From a virus (taxonomy: Duplodnaviria > Caudoviricetes), in the IMG/VR virus record IMGVR_UViG_3300028197_000059, positions 1-36,912 of that record: a DNA stretch of 36,912 nt; one strand, given 5' to 3'. This document shows, one piece after another, positions 30,401 through 36,912 of this stretch. Under the pieces are notes generated by a model. That model worked only from the letters and a program-made list of their open reading frames with translations. It did no database searches and was not told the DNA's origin. Position 1 is the stretch's first letter. Every line of letters begins with the position of its first letter. A program made the position numbers and the translations under genes.

Positions 30401-30668
30401 AACATTAGATCAGACATCATTAAATGAGGCAGGTATTGAATCTGAAGGCAATAAAACAGCATTGGCAGTTGAAAATATGGGACGCTTAAGCGGAGAAGCT
30501 ACTGATATGGCTAACGCTCAACCCCAACCAGTTATAGTAAACAATAACTCTACTAGTGCACCGGCAAGTGGAAAATCAGATGATAAGCTTATAGGTGTTA
30601 TGGGTAGTCCTGGAATTAGAAATAATGACAGTACCATTCATAGAGCAATGGACCGAAGATTTACTTAG
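27408..30668 (+). CDS. tape measure / baseplate hub protein (gp29-like), ~1086 aa
   Basis: Long helical Gly/Ala/Lys-rich protein directly after gp26/gp51. Hydrophobic AGPLAAVAAVGTAAYGG segment and C-terminal PVIVNNN...IRNNDST. ORF track start is TTG 27396; ATG 27408 preferred. Confidence 0.72.
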   Translation: MDDKKLKGLIDEVKAIGEAGQDMASSKELENLESAIKEETTTLKDIAKGNDKLNKAQVAYELIKAVRGKKKEGREKAERDADRKARDNATDLDRAQSKKRDSGGKAAREIILEQNKMTLEGLNRIEKTLSLISKQEGRGGVGGSSGGKSPKPTGPKSQADKDIDQAAKNAKEISEKDKAIASKTTVGQGDGKAGTGKKLDTAKKRKGYGMDDEDYARQYERDQAALKRESTVKDVGALSGDVKTTGKSLNKRKISGQELSPQGDMFDRTQNLVFREEEQIRVGQTNYKRAGGYKTTDTAKFQNVDTGRFATTDPIKALAEDVRISQGVVGTTRNRLQNQGSQGAAELNKNIGANAAAVQKALDDNEGAKTDLGDVIKALGAMQENKDPGKQNELRGDVTKGIERLKVTGGEDLAKMLNLDEVNNKSAGKERSKSLLKDGLIGSSKAGSITKAFFGINQGDQLKAQDSKDRLFGTPDSKGFKGIFDKGNVGKDSEGKTGFAKAKAIGGGVFNRTLNQTIGRMNLSKGAMGQVFDKSRIFGDANTGKLSNFESLQGDLQFKEAAQRDLEVESQGEAQGRMMGDKAGLGIVASGKDGIFEGPGGKSVDERGLPVFNPDKKEEWRDKNIPEENRDGSVAKASEENIAELEKTAEATEATAEDISKLTEEATTEGSIFTHDTHLEEKFDTLVDSINGKDERTGQDTESFAEKQLDTLEQMLQSLQNIEAGGGMGGGDEGGGSMLDTIMGKRNKKGNKRKGKKPKGRFAKLASKGGGLLRGAARFAGPLAAVAAVGTAAYGGFKEFNKTDEFGVEGKDASLGMKAASATGGALSALTFGLADADSISKGIYGKTGDQTLEALKEKDPELAARIEKRVAQGENIDDVIQSEDANIKEAGVDDRGFFSKAFDMSPVGMIKNAITDATTTTDLEAGMDQAKESGLYDENWWGDSTIDKEKLKDASISQLKAIIKDDDLTGEDMQLVKDTLEEKRNAKAEMVQKLESGTLDQTSLNEAGIESEGNKTALAVENMGRLSGEATDMANAQPQPVIVNNNSTSAPASGKSDDKLIGVMGSPGIRNNDSTIHRAMDRRFT

Positions 30669-31129
30669 ACTCTAAACTTTAAAGCTATAACTCTAGATCT
30701 AAGCCTATTAGCTCTAGGTCCTACTTGAACCGCCCAACGACTATCCATCATTTCTATAGATGCCTTTTCCCAATCGCCTTTGTTAATAGCTCCGATAAAT
30801 TTCTTAAATTTACCTAGTCTAGTTCTACCTAAGTTAAACATCATATTAACAAGAACCTCTTTTAGTTCTCCGGAATACTCTCCCCAATTATCTTTAAACA
30901 ATGCTTCACATTCTGATATTGCTATATCTAAATCATGTTCAAAACATTCTTTAACTCTATCTTCAGAGACTTTCCAACCTTCAGTTTTACCATACTCGTC
31001 GTCTGTTTTTAATATTAAATGGCCTACACCAAATGTAGGGTAGCCGAGATGATCTTTATATACTTCATATACTACACCCTCGTCTATTTTTAATTGTTCG
31101 TAAATGTTATCTCGATTATTCTTGTTCAT
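30665..31129 (-). CDS. T4-type (GH24) lysozyme / endolysin
   Basis: DEG....VYKDHLGYPTFGVGHL catalytic E-D-T pattern, NMMFNLG, MDSRWAVQV..RA.RL. Confidence 0.92.
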   Translation of the reverse strand: MNKNNRDNIYEQLKIDEGVVYEVYKDHLGYPTFGVGHLILKTDDEYGKTEGWKVSEDRVKECFEHDLDIAISECEALFKDNWGEYSGELKEVLVNMMFNLGRTRLGKFKKFIGAINKGDWEKASIEMMDSRWAVQVGPRANRLRSRVIALKFRV

Positions 31130-31131
31130 CT

Positions 31132-31842
31132 TTAGTCCTTTTGCATGTGCAAAAATTGTTGGTGGGGTTTAACAAAACAATTTGTTATGCTAATCCTTTT
31201 GTTGTTATATTTATTAACTTCATGTATTGTACTATGATTCAACATCTTTTCTTGTATTGAAGGTATTTGATGTTCTAACCATGCAGGCCATATCATTAAG
31301 TCTCCTGTCTCTGGTTGTATTGTCTCTTCTAAATTTATTGCCTTTGTTCCTAATGCCCATGTAGTGTACATATCAGACAATGGAGATTTGAACTGTATAG
31401 GTGCATGCTCTTCTTCTGCTCTTACATAGTAAGTAGCTACTAAATAATATTGTCCGTGTGCATGCCAACTGTAAGAATCAGTTTCATCAAAGTAAGTATA
31501 CCAAGCATAATTGTGCCAATAGTTATCTAAAGTCTCTCGTAACAACCTGTCTTGGTCTGATTGAAAATCCTCGTCTATAGGTTGTGTTGCTGTAAGATAG
31601 TCCATTACATGGCCTTTAATAGTTTTTCTAAGATCTTGCCAACCGTCTACACCTTCCATAGGGTCTTGTTTTAATTTAAATTTGTGATCGCCATTCTCGG
31701 TGTATACAGATACTTTACTCTTTTGTCTATCCCAATGTTCTTTTTGTAGTTGTAGTGCGTCTATGGATTTTTGCATACTAGAAATTAAATGTGTATCTAC
31801 ATCTTTGACATGTAATATTGGTAATCCTAATATATTTTTCAT
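31132..31842 (-). CDS. putative 2OG-Fe(II) oxygenase (HxH type common in marine phages)
   Basis: WHAH...VATYYV, PETGDLMIWPAWLEH, KRISI motifs. Start at ATG 31842 overlaps the desaturase stop (ATGA). Confidence 0.8.
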   Translation of the reverse strand: MKNILGLPILHVKDVDTHLISSMQKSIDALQLQKEHWDRQKSKVSVYTENGDHKFKLKQDPMEGVDGWQDLRKTIKGHVMDYLTATQPIDEDFQSDQDRLLRETLDNYWHNYAWYTYFDETDSYSWHAHGQYYLVATYYVRAEEEHAPIQFKSPLSDMYTTWALGTKAINLEETIQPETGDLMIWPAWLEHQIPSIQEKMLNHSTIHEVNKYNNKRISITNCFVKPHQQFLHMQKD

Positions 31843-32555
31843 TTTGATAATAACCAAGGTACTATATATTTACCTGTTGTGTCCCACTTACCCATTACAA
31901 GTTGCCCTGGATTGTCGTGATGATTTTTGTGATAGTCTTCTCCTCCCATAAACAGATTAGATATTCTACCTAAATTTGTGGGTGTTCCTTTTGTACCTCC
32001 ATGTCCTCGCCAATTTAGATTAATCATTTGTAACCAACTCCAACAGAACATACATGCTAACCATATATTTAAATATGGATTTATAAAAGCAAACACAATC
32101 CAATTAACTAGATATAATCTCCAGTAATTTTCTGTTACCCATTGAGCGTCTTTATTCTTTGCATAGTTTCGCATAAAGGCAGGTTTAACTATTCCGTATT
32201 TGCCTAATGCAAGATTCCAAAATCCTATTTGTTTAGGACCATGAGGATCTCCATCTTTGTCAGTATATTTGTGATGATTTAAATGTGCTATTACATAGTG
32301 TCCAGGCGGTGCTTCACCTGTAAGTACCATGAAGTATAACATAAGCTTTCTACCTAACCACGTAGGTTCAAATTGGTTATGTGTTAACCATCTATGATAA
32401 CCTGCATTAGCTATTCGAGAAACTAAAGACAACATTACAAAGGCAAATATAAATTGCCATAGTGTTGCTCCATTCATAAACCAATAGACTAATCCTACTA
32501 TTGCTGTAGAAAATAGTATACCTAGTTTAATCATAGTTTTGGTAGTGTACTTCAT
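31839..32555 (-). CDS. membrane fatty-acid desaturase (delta-9-like)
   Basis: Three His boxes (HRWLTH, HLNHH..TD..GDPH, GEDYHKNHH) plus TM segments. Start moved to ATG 32555 because 32603 lies in the terminator. Confidence 0.88.
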   Translation of the reverse strand: MKYTTKTMIKLGILFSTAIVGLVYWFMNGATLWQFIFAFVMLSLVSRIANAGYHRWLTHNQFEPTWLGRKLMLYFMVLTGEAPPGHYVIAHLNHHKYTDKDGDPHGPKQIGFWNLALGKYGIVKPAFMRNYAKNKDAQWVTENYWRLYLVNWIVFAFINPYLNIWLACMFCWSWLQMINLNWRGHGGTKGTPTNLGRISNLFMGGEDYHKNHHDNPGQLVMGKWDTTGKYIVPWLLSK

Positions 32556-32560
32556 ACTAG

Positions 32561-32568
32561 TATTTATG
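32561..32568 (-). promoter_or_regulatory. late promoter variant CATAAATA, 5 nt before the desaturase ATG
   Basis: CATAAATA-CTAGT-ATG, directly after the gp32 terminator. Confidence 0.68.
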
Positions 32569-32574
32569 CCAGTC

Positions 32575-32601
32575 AAAAAGAAGGCCCCGTAAGGAGCCCT
32601 C
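32575..32601 (-). terminator. rho-independent terminator after gp32
   Basis: GAGGGCTCC-TTAC-GGGGCCTTC followed by TTTTT. Confidence 0.85.
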
Positions 32602-32618
32602 AAAACTCTAGGTTTTAT

Positions 32619-33560
32619 TTACTTTTCATCAGCAAGCTGTTTAAAGTAACTTAGTGTATCGTCTTCTTCGTCAGCTACTGCTGGCTCAGGAGTGGATACA
32701 GGCGCAGGAGCTGAAGCTGCCACGGTAGTTGCCTTTTGTACAAAGTGATCATCAGCAGCATCATTAGTTTGTGCTGAAATGGACTCTGCTGTAGGGACAG
32801 TCTTTGTTCCTAGAACCATGTCTAGTTTAGACTTCAACTCTTCATAAGATTTAAATTGATCTGGAGACACAAGAGTACCTAAGTCATATTGTGTATTCCA
32901 TATTGTTTCAATTTTAGCATCATCTTCTGCTATAGAAGAAGGCGAATCAAATTCACTTTTATCATAATTACGATAGCCTTCTACTTGTCTAATTTTAAGT
33001 TTAAAGTTAGCACCTTCCCAAAAATCGAAAGGATTAACTGGTTTTTCATCTTGAAACTCTGGTTTCAAAACATCTTGGATTTTGTCAAAGATCTTTTTAC
33101 CAAACTTGTAAATGAAGACTTTGCCTTCACTCTCAGGATTAGATGGATCTTCCACTACCAAAATATTAGCCCAATAATTTAGGCGTCTTTTTTGTTTACG
33201 AGCAATCTCTTTGTTTGCCTCCACACCAGAATTCCATAGTTCAGTATTAAGTTCTGAAACAGGATCTTGCTTGTTAAGAGTTGTGAGAGAATTCTCAATG
33301 TACCATTTTCCACCAGGGCCTTGAAAGCCATGATTGAAAACTCTAACCCAGGGTACGCCAGTTTCTGTTGCACCTTGAGACAAAGGTAAGAATCGAATAA
33401 CTGAATATCCGTTACCTGCTTTATCTACTGTGGGTTTCCATTCCCTGTCATCGCCTTTCTTAAAATTTGATTTAGGGTTTGAGATTTTTTCGACTTCCTT
33501 CATTAAGTTGTCGAAGTTGCCTCTTTGTTTTCTGAGGTCTGAAAGTGTATTAAACGACAT
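32619..33560 (-). CDS. gp32: single-stranded DNA-binding protein gp32
   Basis: DDREWKPTVDKAGNGYSVIRFLP, HGFQGPGGKWYIENSLTT, YKFGKKIFDKI, NPFDFWEGANFKLKI, acidic tail DDTLSYFKQLA. Confidence 0.97.
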   Translation of the reverse strand: MSFNTLSDLRKQRGNFDNLMKEVEKISNPKSNFKKGDDREWKPTVDKAGNGYSVIRFLPLSQGATETGVPWVRVFNHGFQGPGGKWYIENSLTTLNKQDPVSELNTELWNSGVEANKEIARKQKRRLNYWANILVVEDPSNPESEGKVFIYKFGKKIFDKIQDVLKPEFQDEKPVNPFDFWEGANFKLKIRQVEGYRNYDKSEFDSPSSIAEDDAKIETIWNTQYDLGTLVSPDQFKSYEELKSKLDMVLGTKTVPTAESISAQTNDAADDHFVQKATTVAASAPAPVSTPEPAVADEEDDTLSYFKQLADEK

Positions 33561-33647
33561 ATTTTTCTCCGTATTTGCGTTGTATAGCGTTATATTAGCG
33601 TTGTATTAAGTGACCCATGTCCCCGAAGGGACATGGATTTCCAATAC
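33561..33647 (-). promoter_or_regulatory. structured gp32 5' leader: cUUCGg hairpin plus three ATAYAACGC repeats (putative autogenous operator)
   Basis: CCATGTCCC-TTCG-GGGACATGG (33636-33615). Repeats at 33577-85, 33587-95 and 33598-606, immediately before the GGAG RBS. Confidence 0.65.
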
Positions 33648-34283
33648 TTATTTTCTCCTAAGAGAATTAGTACTAGCAATTTTATTTATAAGAGTTAGAT
33701 GTTTGACATGTAACTTTTTGGTATTAATAATACCATTAATTAAAAAAGGCGTATACCGTTTAATAAGCATACATGTATCTCCTATAATTAAATCACTAGT
33801 ATAATCATCTATAAACGGTTGAAATAGATTTAATATAACCACGCTTTCTACAGTTATATGTTTACCTAGCAACAACCTTATTGCTATAGGATGATCGTTA
33901 TCAGTACTCATTAGTATTTGATCTGCATTATCTATTGTATCCAGATCTTGTCCAAATGTGTATCCAATTTTGTCTCGCCTACTTATCCAATCTTTGAATA
34001 TTTGTTGGCTACTGATTCCGAATGGCATGCCACATCTTCTATCACCACCTACAGCGTTTGCTACAGACAATGCTACAAATTCTGGCTCTTTAAATAGATC
34101 ACATACCATTTCAAACATAGGGAGCATTCCTTGCTTAGATTCAAACACTTTGTATGGTATATTAATTGCTCTGCCATATTTGTATTTGTCTTTAAAAGCA
34201 TACGGCCATTTAATCATATCATACTTGCTCCAAAAATGTTCTTTTATTGCAACATGTATTTTATATGCGTTGTATGGCTCCAC
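33648..34283 (-). CDS. gp59: helicase loader gp59
   Basis: MEPYNAYKIHVAIKEHF..KYD, HP...RLLLGK.IT.ES..IL, I.RY.PFL motifs. Directly upstream of gp32. GTG start. Confidence 0.82.
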   Translation of the reverse strand: MEPYNAYKIHVAIKEHFWSKYDMIKWPYAFKDKYKYGRAINIPYKVFESKQGMLPMFEMVCDLFKEPEFVALSVANAVGGDRRCGMPFGISSQQIFKDWISRRDKIGYTFGQDLDTIDNADQILMSTDNDHPIAIRLLLGKHITVESVVILNLFQPFIDDYTSDLIIGDTCMLIKRYTPFLINGIINTKKLHVKHLTLINKIASTNSLRRK

Positions 34284-35260
34284 TATTCAAATTCCTCTTC
34301 TAAACTTAATCCTTCTTCTTCATAATCCTTAAAGGTGGACTTGCCTATGTGTACTAATTTATTCTCATAATCCATGCCACTTAAATCGGCATATTCTTTT
34401 AATGTTCTTTTATTGCCTATTCCATATATGTCTGTAACCTTACCTTGTAAGACTCTATCTACTTTTGTATTGGATGCGTTTATAATTAATTCCTTTTCTT
34501 CAGACTCGCCGTCCCAATGTAGTTCTCTTTTTAATTCCATTCTTTCTGTATTATACCAATGATATAAAGGTGTGTTAGGTACATGTACCATATCATAACC
34601 ATGTGTAAAAGATCGTAAGGCAAGTGTTGCTTCCTCACCATTAAAATATATTTCTTTATCGTATGGAACATCTTCTACCCACTTACCCTCGGTAAATATG
34701 CCTCCACCTGCCATTCCAAAACCTCTAAAATATTTTTTGCCTGGTATAACATGAGCCATTTGGCCAGGGTTGTATCCTCTTGCCCAAGGTATATGTAATT
34801 GCATTGCATGTGTTTGATCTGGGTCGTCGTTTGTTATTCTAAATATATACTCTTCATCTGTATTTAAAAACCCTCCCTTAGAAACTAAAACATCAAAGCC
34901 TCTTGGGTATCCTGTTATAATAGGTTTCTTAAACCAGTTAAAACAATTAGAATACTTTTCTAATAAATCCTTGTCCCAGTCTTTTTCAAATAATGTATGA
35001 GAATCTATCTGCATAAAGATATCTTCTCCCTCAAACAATTCTGTTTGTATTGTACTTCGTGCCCAACAGGCACCTTTTGCATCTTCAGGATCACATGTCT
35101 TATATCGTACATTGTCAGGTAGATCTTTTAGAATATCTTTTGATTGATCAAACACTCCTAATATCAAATCATTTTTATACTTGGCATTTTCTAAAATAGA
35201 TTTTATTGTATATGGCAGTATTGGATCTTGATAAGATGCAATAGAACAAAATATTTTCAC
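34283..35260 (-). CDS. GT60-like (Skp1 hydroxyproline GlcNAc-transferase / Gnt1-like) glycosyltransferase
   Basis: IFCSIASYQDP, GVFDQ, AKGACWAR, MQIDSHTLF..DWD, ITGYP, VPYD..IYF.GEE....LR.FT.GYD, YG.G..RTL..Y....G motifs. Confidence 0.8.
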   Translation of the reverse strand: MKIFCSIASYQDPILPYTIKSILENAKYKNDLILGVFDQSKDILKDLPDNVRYKTCDPEDAKGACWARSTIQTELFEGEDIFMQIDSHTLFEKDWDKDLLEKYSNCFNWFKKPIITGYPRGFDVLVSKGGFLNTDEEYIFRITNDDPDQTHAMQLHIPWARGYNPGQMAHVIPGKKYFRGFGMAGGGIFTEGKWVEDVPYDKEIYFNGEEATLALRSFTHGYDMVHVPNTPLYHWYNTERMELKRELHWDGESEEKELIINASNTKVDRVLQGKVTDIYGIGNKRTLKEYADLSGMDYENKLVHIGKSTFKDYEEEGLSLEEEFE

Positions 35261-35556
35261 AGGGGCAACTTACTCTTTCTTTTCTCTTTTAATAAATTTA
35301 AATCTAATGCTTCTTCTTTAATTTTAGCTTTTAGTGATGCTGTTAAAAATTTAGAGACGCTTTCTATTTCTATCTCTTTTTTAATACAATAATCACATAC
35401 AATATCCATACATTGTGAAGAAGTATTAAAAGCCATTTTCTCTATAAACTGTGAGAATTCCGTAGAAGTATGAAACTCTTTGGTTACTAGGAATATATCG
35501 CTTACTTTTTCTTTTGTCATTTCTATTGTATTATCAATTACTACTCTTGGTTCCAC
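35257..35556 (-). CDS. gp33: late promoter transcription co-activator gp33
   Basis: FSQFIEK....MD.V.DYC....IE.ESV.K.....LK.KI..EA..LN.LK....KLPL. Start moved to GTG 35556 (AGGAG RBS). Confidence 0.87.
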   Translation of the reverse strand: MEPRVVIDNTIEMTKEKVSDIFLVTKEFHTSTEFSQFIEKMAFNTSSQCMDIVCDYCIKKEIEIESVSKFLTASLKAKIKEEALDLNLLKEKRKSKLPL

Positions 35557-36409
35557 TTTTATTCTCCTGTACCCATTGTTTAATATATTCATGTACATTG
35601 TGGGTAGGCTCAATATAAGGATTTTTACAGAATGTTTTTTCTGCTTCACCTTTCCTATCAAAAGAATGTACAATTGGATGATCAAAACAATCTGCTATAG
35701 ATGAAATTGTTTTAGGATCTCCAGTTCCAAAATGTGCTACAGAAGGAAGGGTAGGATCTGCCATTAATTGCAAAATACCTTGTACTACATCATCTACATG
35801 AGTGAAGTCTCTTTCCTTTTTCCCCGTACCAAATACCGTTAGAGGCTTACCTTCGTTATAATCATTTTTAAATTTTCTAACAACCGTACTATACTCTCCA
35901 TAGTCTGCCTCTCCAGGTCCGTATACATTGTAATAAAACATTAGAACATAATCTAAAGCATAAAGTTTTCTGTACATATCTAAAACAGATTCACAAACTA
36001 CTTTACTAAATGTATATGGATTACCTTGAGACTCTACATATTGCGTACTGGATGAGGTAGAAAAGAATAACTTACAATTAAATATTCTAGCCCAATCTGC
36101 AACGGTGCAAGTTGTATTAATGTTATTAGTAATAGTTTCTGTAGGATACTCCAGGGCTCTACGAACTCTAGGACTATTTGCTAAATGAAAGATGGCAGAT
36201 GGTGGCTCTATAGAATTTAAATGAGGATTAAAATCCACTACATCACAGGTATGGTATTCCACGCTGTTATGATCTAAGAATACCTTGCCTGTTCTACAGT
36301 CATCCACAACCGTTACACAAAACCCATTATCCAATAAATTTTTTGTAAGGTGGGAGCCTATAAAGCCACATCCGCCTGTTACTATTACATGAGGTAAATC
36401 TGTTAACAT
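35534..36409 (-). CDS. NAD-dependent nucleotide-sugar epimerase/dehydratase (extended SDR)
   Basis: VTGGCGFIGSHL, IFHLA, PYTFSK (YxxxK), YNVYGPG, G.G...RDFTHVDD motifs. Confidence 0.92.
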   Translation of the reverse strand: MLTDLPHVIVTGGCGFIGSHLTKNLLDNGFCVTVVDDCRTGKVFLDHNSVEYHTCDVVDFNPHLNSIEPPSAIFHLANSPRVRRALEYPTETITNNINTTCTVADWARIFNCKLFFSTSSSTQYVESQGNPYTFSKVVCESVLDMYRKLYALDYVLMFYYNVYGPGEADYGEYSTVVRKFKNDYNEGKPLTVFGTGKKERDFTHVDDVVQGILQLMADPTLPSVAHFGTGDPKTISSIADCFDHPIVHSFDRKGEAEKTFCKNPYIEPTHNVHEYIKQWVQENKSGTKSSN

Positions 36410-36415
36410 GTGCTT

Positions 36416-36444
36416 ATTATACGACCGTTGATTGCTTTAGTCAA
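36416..36444 (-). promoter_or_regulatory. near-consensus sigma70 promoter, 6 nt before the epimerase ATG
   Basis: TTGACT (36444-39), 17-bp spacer, TATAAT (36421-16), AAGCAC, ATG. Confidence 0.85.
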
Positions 36445-36912
36445 CATCTTTATAGAAGATATGGTTATCTATAGTTACTGTTTTATTATATACCATAGAC
36501 CACTTAGGTTTTACTTTAGGGCTGTGATACCACAACGAACCCTCTGTGAAGTCTTCCGTTTCGTATGTGTACATAACTTCTGCTATCAATAATATATCCC
36601 TATAGCAGTTCTCATCTTTTATTGTGTCTGGTTTTCCATCACAATACCAACTGAACTGGCATGAGTGAAGATCTATTCTTCCACTAGGATAATACTTCGT
36701 TTGTTTTACAACACCACATATAGAATCAGGAAATCTTTTATCGGTGACTCTATTAAGTGTTACAAGTGCCACAGCCATTCTACCCGCTGTTGATTCACTT
36801 CTCGCTTCGTGATAAATGTTTTGTGCTAAACATTCTATTTCACTTTCATCCGCATTTACTTCTTGCGCTATCATTACAAAAAATAATATTGGTAATGTTA
36901 TCCATAACTTAC
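36437..36912 (-). CDS. SleB-family cell wall hydrolase with signal peptide (5' end beyond the window)
   Basis: CLAQNIYHEARSE...G..AVA.V.LNRV...FP..IC.VV.Q...CQFSW...IDNHIFY. Frame is open upstream of 36874 as KLWITLPILFFVMIAQEVNA. Confidence 0.9.
   Translation of the reverse strand, partial: KLWITLPILFFVMIAQEVNADESEIECLAQNIYHEARSESTAGRMAVALVTLNRVTDKRFPDSICGVVKQTKYYPSGRIDLHSCQFSWYCDGKPDTIKDENCYRDILLIAEVMYTYETEDFTEGSLWYHSPKVKPKWSMVYNKTVTIDNHIFYKDVD

Noticed and set aside
32556-32603. ORF-track N-terminal extension of the desaturase
   Set aside because: It spans the gp32 terminator and the late promoter; ATG 32555 is more plausible.
33615-33636. UUCG hairpin as a rho-independent terminator
   Set aside because: No U-tract follows on the coding strand, and it lies within the gp32 leader.
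35557-35685. ORF-track N-terminal extension of gp33
   Set aside because: It overlaps the epimerase extensively; the strong RBS before GTG 35556 gives a typical ~99-aa gp33.
1-36912. tRNA genes, introns, inteins, alternative genetic code
   Set aside because: Intergenic gaps are too short and show no cloverleaf. Core genes are uninterrupted, and TAA, TAG and TGA all act as stops.

Overview
AT-rich segment of a T4-like myovirus, with the gene set and order typical of marine T4-superfamily phages. No rRNA, tRNA, CRISPR or mobile element was seen. Left to right: (1) an early-type region with a partial ATP-dependent DNA ligase and small orphans, each of two behind a duplicated sigma70-type promoter cassette; (2) a late cassette with a fibre-like protein, a Tyr/Gly-repeat protein, a GT8-like glycosyltransferase and an atypical 2OG-Fe(II) oxygenase; (3) the baseplate/tail module (DUF4815-like giant protein, gp8, gp7, gp6, gp25, gp5, gp27-like, gp53, gp48, then divergently gp4, gp2, gp54/19-like, gp26, gp51-like, tape measure); (4) a late desaturase-oxygenase-lysozyme operon; (5) the gp33-gp59-gp32 core interleaved with a sugar epimerase and a GT60-like transferase, and a SleB-type hydrolase. 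Best leads: a probable -1 ribosomal frameshift (T_TTT_TTC) fusing gp26 to the gp51-like ORF just upstream of the tape measure gene, like lambda G/GT; a possible virion-protein hydroxylation/glycosylation system with candidate substrates (a mirror-symmetric Tyr-Gly hairpin and a mucin-like Pro/Thr insert); and recurrent leaderless mRNAs. All product calls come from motif and synteny recognition by eye, not database searches.
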